64,000 bases of DNA, taken from positions 21,334 through 85,333 of the forward strand of contig CAZJNI010000003.1 in NCBI GenBank assembly GCA_964547465.1. The letters run 5' to 3'. The stretch's first letter is position 1; every line of letters begins with the position of its first letter. The position numbers were made by a program, and so were the translations under genes. The stretch is from an uncultured Gammaproteobacteria bacterium. Lineage in GTDB: Bacteria > Patescibacteriota > Microgenomatia > Daviesbacterales > UBA10151. Under the pieces are notes generated by a model. That model was not told where the DNA came from, searched no databases, and saw nothing but the letters and a program-made list of their open reading frames with translations. Shown one piece after another: positions 15,192-25,443 of this stretch.

Positions 15192-17497
15192 TAGGATTAA
15201 CCACCCAAAAAGCTAAGGAAGCTTTAAAAAAATACGGCCCTAATTTGCTTCCCCAAAAAAGTAGCTATTCCGTATTTAAAATATTTTTAAGCCAGTTAAA
15301 AAACCCTTTCACCGTAATTTTAGTTTTTGCAGTGGGATTTTCATTCATTGCCGGTGATTGGATAGACGGATTTTTAATAGCGGCAATACTGATATTAAAC
15401 ACTATTTTAGGATTCTGGCAGGAATTTAAGGCCTCAAAAGAGCTGGAAGCCTTAAAAAGTTTTGAGACCCAAACCAGCCGTGTTTTAAGGGATGGAAAGG
15501 AAGTTGAGATTTCATCTTTTGAGATTGTGCCGGGTGATGTTGTTATTTTGGAAGCCGGGGACAGGATTCCTGCTGACGGGTTTGTTTCAGAATCCTACTC
15601 TCTTTTTGTTAATGAATCTGTTTTAACCGGTGAATCCCTTCCCGTTATAAAAACCATCAAAGAGAATGAGAATTTGCTCTATTTCGGTACTACTGTTTCC
15701 TCGGGCAGGGGTAAATTTTTGGTTCAGAAGACAGGAGAAAAAACCCGCTTTGGCTCTATTGCCCAAAGTCTGGTTGATGTTGAGGACGAGAAGAGTCCGC
15801 TGGAGATTTCCCTGTCAAGGTTGGTCAAAGGGGTGGCCGTCGTTGTTTTAATGGTAACCGCTTTAATTTTTACAATCAGATTTTTGCAGGGTTTTGAGAT
15901 AAAAGAAGTATTTTTAACCAGCATTGCCTTAATGGTGGCAGCTGTTCCCGAGGGTTTACCGGCTGTTGTAACAATTGTATTGGCCGCAGGGGCGCGCAGG
16001 ATGTATCAGAGGAAAGCATTAGTCAGGAAAATGGTAGCTGTTGAGTCTTTGGGAGGGGCGACGCTGATTTTATCAGATAAAACCGGCACCTTAACCAAAA
16101 ACGAAATGAGAGTTTCCGAGGTAAAAAGCGTTAATGGCAAGGATGAATTATTAAAATGTTCAGTACTTTGTAACAGCGCCAATCTGGTTTTAAAAGAGGA
16201 TGGTGGAGGTGTTGATATTTTGGGAGATACAACAGAGGGAGCGCTTCTTATTTGGGCTAAAGATCAGGGTAAAGATATAGAGCTTTTGCGCTCTGAAGGT
16301 AAACTTCTGGAAGAAATCCCTTTTTCGCTGCAAAGCAGGAAAATGACAGTTATCTGGCAGTATAACGGTAAAAAAGAAATCTATACCAAAGGCGCACCCG
16401 AGGTGATTTTAAAAGAAGTTAAATTAACTGAAAAAGAGCTTATATATTGGGACAGAGAATATCAAAAGATGGCTTCCAGAGGTTTGAGGGTTTTAGGTTT
16501 TTCCAAAGGCCGGGAATTTTTGGGACTATTAGGTATTGCCGATCAGATCAGGGATGAAGCAAAGACGGCAATCAGGATTGCCAAAGAAGCCGGCATTAAG
16601 GTGGTGATGGTCACAGGAGATAACGAGTTAACTGCCAAAGAAGTTGCGGAAAAACTCGGACTGTTAAATAAAGGTGATGAAATTTTGAATGGTTTACAAA
16701 TGAATGAGCTGGATGATGAGGAGTTACAGACGAGACTGCAAAAAATTTCTGTTTATGCGCGGATTACCCCCGAGCAAAAATTGAGGCTGGTAAAACTTTA
16801 CCAGAGAGCGGGTGAGGTGGTGGCAGTAACCGGGGACGGGGTAAATGATTCTCTTGCTTTAAAATCCGCCCAGGTGGGAGTTTCTATGGGTAAAGGCGGC
16901 TCGGATGTGGCCAGGGAAAGCTCGGATATAGTTTTACTGGATGATAACTTTGCCACTTTAGTTTCCGCAATTGAGCAGGGCAGGTCAATTTATGCAAATA
17001 TTTTAAAAGTCATTAAATTTCTGATGACCGGAAATTTTTCCGAAATTTTACTGATCGGGCTTGCCTCATTTCTGGCTTTACCTACTCCCCTCCTGCCTAC
17101 CCAGATACTCTGGATTAATTTTGTCACCGACGGCTTTCCTGCACTGGCTTTAGGCTTTGATTCATCTTCCTCTCATATTATGAAAGAATCCCCAAGAAAA
17201 GATAACAATATACTGGATAAATCAATGATCACTTATATACTAACAGGGGGTATTATCATTAGTTTTATCTGCTTTATTATTTTTTATCTGGTACATAGTA
17301 ATTTTGGCTTGGTAAACGCCAGAGCCTGGGTGTTTTCCACCATGGTAATTTTACAAATGATTCTCCCTTTTATTATCAGAAGACACCATTCGATTACCTC
17401 CAACAAGAAACTTTTGTACTCTGTAATATTAGTGTTGATACTGCAATTTATGATCATGACCATACCCCAACTTAAGCAAATGTTTGGGATTGACTAG
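15188..17497 (+). CDS. Cation-transporting P-type ATPase (type IIA-like)
   Basis: TGES, 'VPEGL', DKTGT, KGAPE, TGDN, GDGVND motifs. Confidence 0.95.
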   Translation: MIGLTTQKAKEALKKYGPNLLPQKSSYSVFKIFLSQLKNPFTVILVFAVGFSFIAGDWIDGFLIAAILILNTILGFWQEFKASKELEALKSFETQTSRVLRDGKEVEISSFEIVPGDVVILEAGDRIPADGFVSESYSLFVNESVLTGESLPVIKTIKENENLLYFGTTVSSGRGKFLVQKTGEKTRFGSIAQSLVDVEDEKSPLEISLSRLVKGVAVVVLMVTALIFTIRFLQGFEIKEVFLTSIALMVAAVPEGLPAVVTIVLAAGARRMYQRKALVRKMVAVESLGGATLILSDKTGTLTKNEMRVSEVKSVNGKDELLKCSVLCNSANLVLKEDGGGVDILGDTTEGALLIWAKDQGKDIELLRSEGKLLEEIPFSLQSRKMTVIWQYNGKKEIYTKGAPEVILKEVKLTEKELIYWDREYQKMASRGLRVLGFSKGREFLGLLGIADQIRDEAKTAIRIAKEAGIKVVMVTGDNELTAKEVAEKLGLLNKGDEILNGLQMNELDDEELQTRLQKISVYARITPEQKLRLVKLYQRAGEVVAVTGDGVNDSLALKSAQVGVSMGKGGSDVARESSDIVLLDDNFATLVSAIEQGRSIYANILKVIKFLMTGNFSEILLIGLASFLALPTPLLPTQILWINFVTDGFPALALGFDSSSSHIMKESPRKDNNILDKSMITYILTGGIIISFICFIIFYLVHSNFGLVNARAWVFSTMVILQMILPFIIRRHHSITSNKKLLYSVILVLILQFMIMTIPQLKQMFGID

Positions 17498-17540
17498 AAT
17501 TTTGAGTTCAGCTAATATAGCAGTGCCCGCCCACTCCGAT

Positions 17541-18326
17541 ATGGCACGGATAGATCTTAACATTCCAGAATTGGGAAACAAATTTATTGACCTTAGGGAT
17601 TCAATCCCCGGAGATTCATATAACTTTAGTTGGGTCAGGCCGCTTTCTCAAGTTAATTATCTGGCAATTCATCACAGCGCCACCTCCCCTGCCCAAACTC
17701 CGGAAGATATTGCCAATTTTCATATAAATAGTAATGGCTGGGGCGGGATTGGATATCATTTTGTAATTTCCAAAGACGGGATAGTTTACTATGTTGGTGA
17801 TATAGGAACAGCGCGGGCAAATGTGGCCAATTTAAATGAACAGGTGATCGGGATTTGTCTGACCGGTAATTTTACAGATGTAGAGCCGACCGAAGAGCAG
17901 CTGGATTCTGCCAAAAAGCTTTGTAATTTTTTAATTAACTACCCTGACTTGGTAAATGTAAAATCCCGGGATGTGGTAAAGGCGCATAAGGAATTGCCTA
18001 ATCAATCAACTACTTGTCCGGGAGATACCTGGACTTTATGGAAATCAAAAATTATACCTGGGGACGGTAATACTTCATCTGGTGGGGGTTTGACAAAAGA
18101 GGCAGATAATTTAAGGTTGCAGGTTGACAGTTTGCAAAGCAGTTTAGGTCTGGTAAATGATCAAATTATTAATTTGCAGCAAACAGTGGCAGATAAAGAT
18201 CAGGAGATTATCAATTTAAGGGCGCAGCTTAAAGTATCAGTTGAACCGGACGATACAACCCTGACAATTCCCCAAGCTTTATTTAGTTTATATCAGTTTC
18301 TCTTCCCGCCCGGAAAGGTAAATTAA
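17541..18326 (+). CDS. N-acetylmuramoyl-L-alanine amidase (Amidase_2/PGRP fold) with C-terminal coiled coil
   Basis: 'AIHHSAT', 'GWGGIGYHFVI', 'IGICLTGNF', 'HKEL...TTCPG'. Confidence 0.85.
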   Translation: MARIDLNIPELGNKFIDLRDSIPGDSYNFSWVRPLSQVNYLAIHHSATSPAQTPEDIANFHINSNGWGGIGYHFVISKDGIVYYVGDIGTARANVANLNEQVIGICLTGNFTDVEPTEEQLDSAKKLCNFLINYPDLVNVKSRDVVKAHKELPNQSTTCPGDTWTLWKSKIIPGDGNTSSGGGLTKEADNLRLQVDSLQSSLGLVNDQIINLQQTVADKDQEIINLRAQLKVSVEPDDTTLTIPQALFSLYQFLFPPGKVN

Positions 18327-18327
18327 A

Positions 18328-18603
18328 TTGGAATTGGCAGTTGTAGTTATTTTTTCAATTTTAAATGAGTCAATAATTGAATATTTATTTGGAAGTATTA
18401 AGGGGCTACGCCCATATCTTCCCCTTTTGTCTTTGACAGTGGCTATAATCTTAACTTTTATTTATCAGATAAATATTCTGTCAATTTTTTTAGGGATTCA
18501 AACCAACAGTCCTTTTTTAGATTTTTTGCTGTCAGCTTTTATAATTGCCAGACTGTCAAACTTTATAAATGATTTTTCAAGGCGTGTTTTAGGAAGTAAA
18601 TAG
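18328..18603 (+). CDS. Small 2-3 TM holin-like protein
   Basis: Hydrophobic 91 aa, 'IIARLSNFINDF' tail; directly follows the amidase. Confidence 0.6.
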   Translation: MELAVVVIFSILNESIIEYLFGSIKGLRPYLPLLSLTVAIILTFIYQINILSIFLGIQTNSPFLDFLLSAFIIARLSNFINDFSRRVLGSK

Positions 18604-18609
18604 AACTAA

Positions 18610-18666
18610 GGTCAATTCAGACCACCTGCAATTCAGACCACCTGGAGGGTGGGTTAGCTTGGCACC
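18610..18666. repeat. REP-like palindrome 3' of RAYT-2 with internal 16-bp tandem duplication
   Basis: (CAATTCAGACCACCTG)x2 running into CCACCTGGAGGGTGG-GTTAGC-TTGGCACC. Confidence 0.85.
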
Positions 18667-18684
18667 CATCCTTTTATGCATATT

Positions 18685-19362
18685 TTATCTCTCAAGTGTT
18701 ACATGCTTTATTTGCTCAAGTTTCCTGGCGTAATCTACTTGATCTAAACAGAACTGTTTATATTTTTCTTTGGAAGAAAAAAGGTCCAAAACTATTTCTT
18801 TGCTGGCAATATTCTGATTAGATAATCCAAGGTATTCTGGATAAGACGACCAAACATAATTCTCCAGCTGTTCTGGTTCAATCAGAAATGAGGATACCGG
18901 GTTTAGATGAATATATCTTGATACATGAATAAGTTGCTCATCTGATTCAATGTGAACTGCTTTAAATACACCCTCAAATAAGGGACCGATACGTTCATGT
19001 CTGGTATTAAAATACTTGGTATAAGAATTGGTGAAGTTTGAGGTAAAAGTAGAAATTCCATTCTCAAGCTTTTGTTTTAGTAAGAAGTGAAAATGATTTG
19101 GCATTAAACAAAAACAGATTATTTCAACCAGCTTTTTATGATCTCTTTTGATGGTTTGGATCAATTTTTCTTTTTCTTCTTCGGGAAGCGTTAGAAACTT
19201 GGATAGTTTGAGTGGAAGATTGGCAAATCTGTAAAAATCAAGAGTTTGTACCCCACGGTCCAGTTCCCGCTTATTGGTAAATGTTGGTCTTTTTTCAACT
19301 CCTCTATTAAATACATGGTAAATCTCATCATTGGCAAAAACTACTTTCCTATTAGTGGGCAT
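18685..19362 (-). mobile_element. REP-associated tyrosine transposase (RAYT / Y1 HUH), copy 2
   Basis: Close paralog of 12648-13328; 'CLMPNHFHFL', 'YIHLNPV'. Confidence 0.9.
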
Positions 19363-19390
19363 ACAACTCTAGAATACTGTAAAAGAGAAA

Positions 19391-19479
19391 AGGTGTCAAC
19401 GTATACCACCTTCTAGGTGGACTACATAGGCACCTGCTCTTCTCTATGATGATGTCAAGCTATTCCACCTTCGAGGTGG
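19391..19479. repeat. Two REP-like palindromes 5' of RAYT-2
   Basis: AGGTGTCAA-CGTATA-CCACCTTCTAGGTGG-ACTACA-TAGGCACCT (19391-19435) and GATGTCAA-GCTATT-CCACCTTCGAGGTGG (19451-19479). Confidence 0.85.
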
Positions 19480-19498
19480 TCTTAGGTTTTAGATACCA

Positions 19499-20209
19499 TC
19501 ATCCGGTAAAAATGTACATGTAGGAGTCTTCTCTATTTGGTGGATTATATTTAAATGGTAGCGGTAAATGAGGCGAAGCAGATCTTCTGATTGCCAGACC
19601 AAAATGATGTTTTAAGGAGTTGTCTTTAGAACGTTGCTTGATACTAGTTTCTATTCGGTGATTCTTCCAAAAATCCGATAGTCTGGAAATTTCTTCTTGT
19701 GTCATGAGTACTCCAAATCTGTCTAAAAACATTATTCCATCTTCTTTTAATAGGGCATAACATTGTTTCAATGCAGCTAGAGGATCTCCTAAATACGAGA
19801 ATGTAGCGCAACTGGTAATAAAATCAAATCTTACATCAGGAAAAAGCTTTTTTACCTGCTGTAGATCGCCAATGCGATAGTCGATGTCAGGTAAGGGTTC
19901 AGAGGCGGGTCGCCTATAATCAAAAGCGGATATGCCATATAGTCTAACTTGAGGATACAATCCGGCTAAGTCTACCAAGAAACTTGTATCCCCGCAGCCT
20001 GCGTCCAGTAATGTTGTTTCTTGATTTTGAGCAAGCTCCTCTTTTATGTGACATATTAAATCTTTTCCATAGAATTCAGGTAGGTAGTGTAAGTACTCAG
20101 TTAAACCTCTAGCGACCATGAAGTCTTGATCAGAAGTTTGTGAAGAATAAGCACAAGACCTCTCTTCTCTTATAAAACCCAATAAACTTGCGCTTTCAAT
20201 ATTTGGCAT
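19499..20209 (-). CDS. Class I SAM-dependent methyltransferase
   Basis: 'LLDAGCG', 'FDFITS', 'YALLKEDG'. Confidence 0.85.
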   Translation of the reverse strand: MPNIESASLLGFIREERSCAYSSQTSDQDFMVARGLTEYLHYLPEFYGKDLICHIKEELAQNQETTLLDAGCGDTSFLVDLAGLYPQVRLYGISAFDYRRPASEPLPDIDYRIGDLQQVKKLFPDVRFDFITSCATFSYLGDPLAALKQCYALLKEDGIMFLDRFGVLMTQEEISRLSDFWKNHRIETSIKQRSKDNSLKHHFGLAIRRSASPHLPLPFKYNPPNREDSYMYIFTG

Positions 20210-20262
20210 ATACTTTTGTAGAGAATTATACTTTACCTCGAGGGCATTTGCAAACTATGGGA

Positions 20263-20472
20263 TTATATTGGCTTTCCGGCCAGGCCATAGTTTAGAAGAT
20301 CACCTATAAAGCCAATCAGCTGATATGGCCAGGTTAAAATCACGCTATAAAAGCCCGGAGATAAAAAAGATAAATACGGCCATTTGTAATACAGGGCAAA
20401 AGCTATGGCTACGGAAAAACCTATCATGAAATAACCAATGGCAATATTTGATATAATCCTACTGGTTTTCAT
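20263..20472 (-). CDS. Small membrane protein
   Basis: Hydrophobic 69 aa starting 2 nt after the gyrA stop. Confidence 0.65.
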   Translation of the reverse strand: MKTSRIISNIAIGYFMIGFSVAIAFALYYKWPYLSFLSPGFYSVILTWPYQLIGFIGDLLNYGLAGKPI

Positions 20473-20474
20473 TT

Positions 20475-22937
20475 TTACTCCTTGGCGTCATTTGTTTTTT
20501 CCTTAGATGAAACAGTTGTAGCCGCAGCGACTTTTTCTCCGGCCCTAACCCTCATTAAAATCACTCCCTGGGTTTGCCGTTGAAGTGTTGGGACTTCCTT
20601 AAGGCTCATTTTAATAAGTTGGCCTTTGGTTGAAGTTAATACTAAAGTATCAGTTGATTTATCCACCATTTGAGCTGTAACTATCTCCCCTGTTTTAGCA
20701 GTAATTTGAGCTGCTTTAACCCCCTGTCCTCCTCTGCCCTGTCTTGACCAACCAGAGGTAGCAGTTTTCTTACCCAAACCATTTTCCATAATTACCAAAA
20801 GCTCTCCTTCCAACTTCCCTACGATATTTAAAGAAACTACTTCATCATCTTTTCCTAATCTTATACCTCTGACTCCGGATGTATCCCTGTGGGTTGGTTT
20901 AACTCCTTTTTCAGAAAACCTGATGGATTTACCTTTTTTGGAGACAATTATTACATCATCCAAACCAGAAGTTGGGCAAACCCAACCAAGGATATCTCCC
21001 TGGTCCAGCTTTATTGCAACCAGCCCGTTTTTTCTGATATTTTGATATTCCCCCAGAGCGGTTTTTTTAACAGTTCCTTCTGCTGTACACATGAAGAAGA
21101 ATTTAGATTCAGTTTCCTTCTCTCTTCTGGTTAAGACAGCGGTGACTTTTTCGCCCTGCTCAATATTTATCAGATTAACAATTGCCTGACCCTTGGCTGC
21201 CCTTTGGGTTTCCGGAATATCCCAGACTTTAACCTGATAAACTTTGCCTTTATCTGTAAAGAAAAGCAGATTGTCGTGAGTTTGAGTATAAAAAATGTGG
21301 GACACAGCGTCTGTTTCCTTGGTAGAAATTCCCATTACCCCTTTGCCTCCTCTTTGTTGGGTTCTAAAACTCATCGGAGATTGCCTTTTTACATAACCGC
21401 CTTCTGTTATGGTGACAATTGTTACTTCATTTGGAACTAAATCTTCCTCATTAAACTCCCCTATTTTTTGTTTATACACCCTTGTTCTTCTGTCATCCGC
21501 ATATCTATCCTTAATCTTAATTAACTCATCTTTGATAACTTTTAATATTTTTTCCGGATGTGAGAGCAGATCTTCAAGGTAAGCAATCAACTCCTTAACC
21601 ATTTTCAGCTCTTCCTCGATTTTTAACCTTTCTAATGCGGCCAGACGGCGCAGCTGCATATCCAAAATAGCAATTGATTGTAGTTCAGATAGCTTAAAGC
21701 GAACCATCAAATTCTTCTTTGCCTCATCCGAGTCTTTTGATTTTTTGATCGTGTCTATCACCGCATCTATATTGGAAACAGCAATCATAAGTCCTTCCAG
21801 GATATGAGCTCTTGCTTTGGCTTCAGCCATTTCAAATTCGGACCTACGCCTTACTATTACTTGTCTGTGGGTTATAAACTCCTCAAGAATATGCTTTAAG
21901 GTTAAAAGCTGTGGATGTACTCCATCAACTAAAGCCACCAGATTAACATTAAATACAGATTGCATGGCTGTATGTTTGTAAAGGCTGTTCAATAAAGCTT
22001 GAGGTTTAGCATCCCTTTTTAAATCAAATACAATTCTGACCATTTGTTTTCTGTCGGATTCATCCCGCAAATCACCAATTCCTTCTAATTTTTTATCTTT
22101 TACCATCTCTGCAATCCTGGCAATTAAAGTTGCTTTATTAACCTGATAAGGTAGTTCAGAGACAATAATCTGCATTTTTCCGGCAGGAGTCTCATCTATC
22201 TCTGCTTTTGCTCTCATCACAATTCTTCCCTTTCCGGTTGCATAAGCTGCCAAAATTTCAGTTTGATCATAAATTGAGGCGCCTGTCGGGAAATCCGGTC
22301 CTTTGATAAAGCCAAGTAAATCCTCAACAGTGGCATCAGGGTGTTCTATCATGTGAATTAATGCATCACAAACCTCACCTAAATTATGCGGAGGGATTTG
22401 AGTCGCCATACCAACAGCAATACCTGAAGCTCCGTTTAGAAGCAGGTTTGGTATGACAGACGGAAGTACCACCGGCTCTTGTATAGTTCCGGAATAATTG
22501 TCAACAAAATCAACTGTGTTTTTGTTAATATCACGCAGCAACTCTTCTGAAATTGCCGCCAGCCTGGCTTCAGTGTAGCGCATGGCAGCTGGTGAATCGC
22601 CATCAATAGAGCCAAAATTTCCCTGCCCGTCAATCAGCATATACCGCAGGGAGAAATTTTGAGCCATACGAACCATCGCCTCATATACAGGAGCATCACC
22701 GTGTGGATGCAAATTTTTCAAAACCTCTCCAACTACGGCAGCAGATTTTTGATATCTGGAGGTATGGTGTAGACCTTGCTGATGCATGGCAAAGATAATC
22801 CTTCGCTGGACTGGTTTTAATCCATCCCTAACATCTGGTAGAGCTCGAGAGATAATGACAGACATTGCATAATTCACATATGAATCCTGCATTTCTTTTA
22901 TTATTGGGGTTGGTTGTATTTTACCGATATTACTCAT
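20475..22937 (-). CDS. gyrA: DNA gyrase subunit A
   Basis: '[16 protein letters not shown]', 'HPHGD', 'AAMRYTEA', GyrA-box 'QQRGGKG'. Confidence 0.98.
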   Translation of the reverse strand: MSNIGKIQPTPIIKEMQDSYVNYAMSVIISRALPDVRDGLKPVQRRIIFAMHQQGLHHTSRYQKSAAVVGEVLKNLHPHGDAPVYEAMVRMAQNFSLRYMLIDGQGNFGSIDGDSPAAMRYTEARLAAISEELLRDINKNTVDFVDNYSGTIQEPVVLPSVIPNLLLNGASGIAVGMATQIPPHNLGEVCDALIHMIEHPDATVEDLLGFIKGPDFPTGASIYDQTEILAAYATGKGRIVMRAKAEIDETPAGKMQIIVSELPYQVNKATLIARIAEMVKDKKLEGIGDLRDESDRKQMVRIVFDLKRDAKPQALLNSLYKHTAMQSVFNVNLVALVDGVHPQLLTLKHILEEFITHRQVIVRRRSEFEMAEAKARAHILEGLMIAVSNIDAVIDTIKKSKDSDEAKKNLMVRFKLSELQSIAILDMQLRRLAALERLKIEEELKMVKELIAYLEDLLSHPEKILKVIKDELIKIKDRYADDRRTRVYKQKIGEFNEEDLVPNEVTIVTITEGGYVKRQSPMSFRTQQRGGKGVMGISTKETDAVSHIFYTQTHDNLLFFTDKGKVYQVKVWDIPETQRAAKGQAIVNLINIEQGEKVTAVLTRREKETESKFFFMCTAEGTVKKTALGEYQNIRKNGLVAIKLDQGDILGWVCPTSGLDDVIIVSKKGKSIRFSEKGVKPTHRDTSGVRGIRLGKDDEVVSLNIVGKLEGELLVIMENGLGKKTATSGWSRQGRGGQGVKAAQITAKTGEIVTAQMVDKSTDTLVLTSTKGQLIKMSLKEVPTLQRQTQGVILMRVRAGEKVAAATTVSSKEKTNDAKE

Positions 22938-23016
22938 GTATGAAGCATTTAAAAAGAGCCTAGCGCTCTATGTTAATTATAATCTGTCTAGGGGATTAAA
23001 GACAAGGGTTGTAAAC

Positions 23017-23871
23017 TTATGAAACAGTAGGTGGTGAGTTGTCATATGAAGGAGAGATTCTCGGATATTTTTCTCCTAAAATCCCCTTAATTCTAGCAAT
23101 TTCGTAGTTGTAATTACGATTGCAAACTATCACAATATCTGCCATTTCTTCTAACATAGGAGCTACTCTTCTAAAATCGTCAATCTTTTGAGTGGCTGCT
23201 TTGAAAGATTGTTGTGAAGTGTATCCTCTCTCCTCAACTTGGGTTTTATCCAGTAAAGCTAATTGTAATCCCTCAAGCGTTGTGATAAAAATTTTGAGAT
23301 TGGAAAGATTAGCCAATTCTCCATAGAAGGAACTGACTCCTTCAAGAATTAAGTAATCTCGGCTCAAAAGTGTAATTGTATACCCAGCTTTTTGTTCTAT
23401 TTCCTTGGGAGTAAATTGATAAAGCTGAGAATTTTGAGGGGCTTCTCCTGTTTTTCCAGTTTCATGAGAGTGATAGCGGAAATACCGTTCTCTTTTACTA
23501 AGTAATTCTTCTATATCTTGAGTAGCTTCTTCCAAATTACTTGCCTCAGGAGCAGGACCCGACACATTATTCGCCAGTCTCCATTCTCTCGATTTAAGGT
23601 AGCAGTCTAAATCTACTACATTTTGTGATCTGCCAATATAGTGGGCAAGTTGATAGCTAAATGCAGATTTACCAAGGGTGCTTTGTCCGCTTATGGCGAT
23701 AATAAACGTGCCATAAGAAACTTCGTTAGCATTTCTTGCGCAATTCTCTATTATTCTTAATAGATCTCTTCGATTATGATCTAAAATTGCGTGTCGCCAA
23801 GGTACACTCTCAACGAATTCGGTTCCTGTTAAGACTCCTGTTTGCGCTCGTGTTAATCGTTTCTCTGTCAT
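23017..23871 (-). CDS. P-loop kinase, uridine kinase/phosphoribulokinase-like
   Basis: 'IIAISGQSTLGKS', 'VVDLDCY', 'LILEG'. Confidence 0.7.
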   Translation of the reverse strand: MTEKRLTRAQTGVLTGTEFVESVPWRHAILDHNRRDLLRIIENCARNANEVSYGTFIIAISGQSTLGKSAFSYQLAHYIGRSQNVVDLDCYLKSREWRLANNVSGPAPEASNLEEATQDIEELLSKRERYFRYHSHETGKTGEAPQNSQLYQFTPKEIEQKAGYTITLLSRDYLILEGVSSFYGELANLSNLKIFITTLEGLQLALLDKTQVEERGYTSQQSFKAATQKIDDFRRVAPMLEEMADIVIVCNRNYNYEIARIKGILGEKYPRISPSYDNSPPTVS

Positions 23872-23942
23872 TTTCTAAATTAGAATAGAGACTATAGTTT
23901 ACTACTGATTGTCAACATTAAGCTTTATACCCATGTTACTAC

Positions 23943-23976
23943 CCATGCCAGGTATGGATTAAGTAGACATACTGGG
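23943..23976. repeat. REP-like palindrome (CCATG-n5-TATGG family) overlapping the def stop codon
   Basis: CCATGCCAGGTATGG-ATTAAG-TAGACATACTGGG; matches 30496 and 35808 elements. Confidence 0.75.
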
Positions 23977-24603
23977 ATTTTTAATTTTCGCCCACTTTTC
24001 AAAAGAACATTTTTTAGGCCAGTTGCGCCAAGCTTGCTTGTTTCTGTAAAGTGGAAATTCTGATTTTTTAACCCAATGCAGATTTTCCGGGTTAGTAATA
24101 TGATCTACAAATACTTTGCCATTTAAATGATCAATTTCATGTTGAAAAATCCTGGCAGTATAATCAGTATGTTTCTCTTCAATCTGACGAAACTGTATCG
24201 GAAGTCTATTGACGAAACGGTATGACAGCTTGAATGCCTTAACTTTTATGGAAACAGGTCTGGAAACTATTCCGCAAACTCTGGAAGTGGAGTAACAGCC
24301 TTCATACCATTCCGCTTTTTGTTTGGAAACCCAGGTAATTTCTGGATTAATGTAAATATGGAGACTTCCTACTTTACCCCGCCCATCCGCCTTCACATCC
24401 ACCAGAATTATTCTTTTTAAAATCCCAATCTGTGGTGCAGCCAACCCTACCATGATAGGTTTTTTATTATTTTTCTGTTGTCCGCGTGCCACCTTAAGCA
24501 TGGTTTCTACAACTTCTCGGATTTCCGGGCGGGTAAGCTGAATTTCTGGAACAGGCTGGGAAATTTGTTTTAATCGTGGGTCACCGGGAGGTAAGAATAT
24601 CAT
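23959..24603 (-). CDS. def: Peptide deformylase
   Basis: 'GLAAPQIG', 'EGCYS', 'QHEIDHLNG'. Confidence 0.95.
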   Translation of the reverse strand: MIFLPPGDPRLKQISQPVPEIQLTRPEIREVVETMLKVARGQQKNNKKPIMVGLAAPQIGILKRIILVDVKADGRGKVGSLHIYINPEITWVSKQKAEWYEGCYSTSRVCGIVSRPVSIKVKAFKLSYRFVNRLPIQFRQIEEKHTDYTARIFQHEIDHLNGKVFVDHITNPENLHWVKKSEFPLYRNKQAWRNWPKKCSFEKWAKIKNPSMST

Positions 24604-24676
24604 TTGTATTTTTTGAAATTATATATTATTTGATTAGTTTCCACATTTTTTAATAGTTATGTTATACTTTCAGGCT

Positions 24677-25420
24677 ATGACTATGCTTTTACCACCGGGT
24701 GGAAATCCTGAAAGAGCCGGAAGTTTTGTGCAAACAGAATCAACTCAAACAGCAGTTGGTAAAATAGAAGATAGACTAATAGCCCTCCAGCGTGAAATAG
24801 GGATAGAAGCTTGCGATTTTGTAAGTAGAATTAACTATCAAGATCCATTTAATCTTTTATCTGATGGTTTGTATGGAGAAATAACAAGAAAAGCAATTTT
24901 GAAATCAGCTGGATCAGCTGATTTATCTGATATATTGCCACCAGAATACAGGGTTGCTCGAGCTATTGAAGAAGATATATTAGTAAATCAAGTTGTATCT
25001 GTTTATAGATATGACCCTGATTTTAGAAGTGGAGTATCATCTGTAACAGATATAGTATTAAAATTAAAGCCGTTTATCCAAGGCCATCTTAATTTTGCCT
25101 CAAATCCCAATTATGGGTTTGTTGCCGATGGTACTTCTTATTCCCACAATACCCTGAATCCTTATTTAGAGGTTAATCGAAGCGGAGCATCACTAGTAAC
25201 ATATTTAGGAGGAAGAATGCAATTTTACGGGAGTAGATTTTCAACTCCATCTCGAATTGCCGGGTTGAGCTTTGGGGTGAATCAGTTTGAAGCAGCTGGT
25301 GCAGTATTTACAATGCAGAAGATGCCCGAAATAGAACAACTTCTACATGCTATTAAATTTTTGAAAGAAATAGATGCCACTATTCAAAAAATGGGTTTTG
25401 GTCCTTCACCCTTTAGCTAA
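24677..25420 (+). CDS. Hypothetical protein
   Basis: Long ORF opposite to its neighbours; no recognised family; exact start uncertain. Confidence 0.65.
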   Translation: MTMLLPPGGNPERAGSFVQTESTQTAVGKIEDRLIALQREIGIEACDFVSRINYQDPFNLLSDGLYGEITRKAILKSAGSADLSDILPPEYRVARAIEEDILVNQVVSVYRYDPDFRSGVSSVTDIVLKLKPFIQGHLNFASNPNYGFVADGTSYSHNTLNPYLEVNRSGASLVTYLGGRMQFYGSRFSTPSRIAGLSFGVNQFEAAGAVFTMQKMPEIEQLLHAIKFLKEIDATIQKMGFGPSPFS

Positions 25421-25443
25421 TTAACCATTTTATCCAATAAGAT

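Noticed and set aside
14217-18603. Holin-family gene plus amidase as a prophage
   Set aside because: No terminase, capsid, tail or replication genes; interleaved with a P-type ATPase.
19391-19479. REP clusters as a CRISPR array
   Set aside because: Only 1-2 degenerate units per locus, no regular spacers, no cas genes; they flank RAYT genes.
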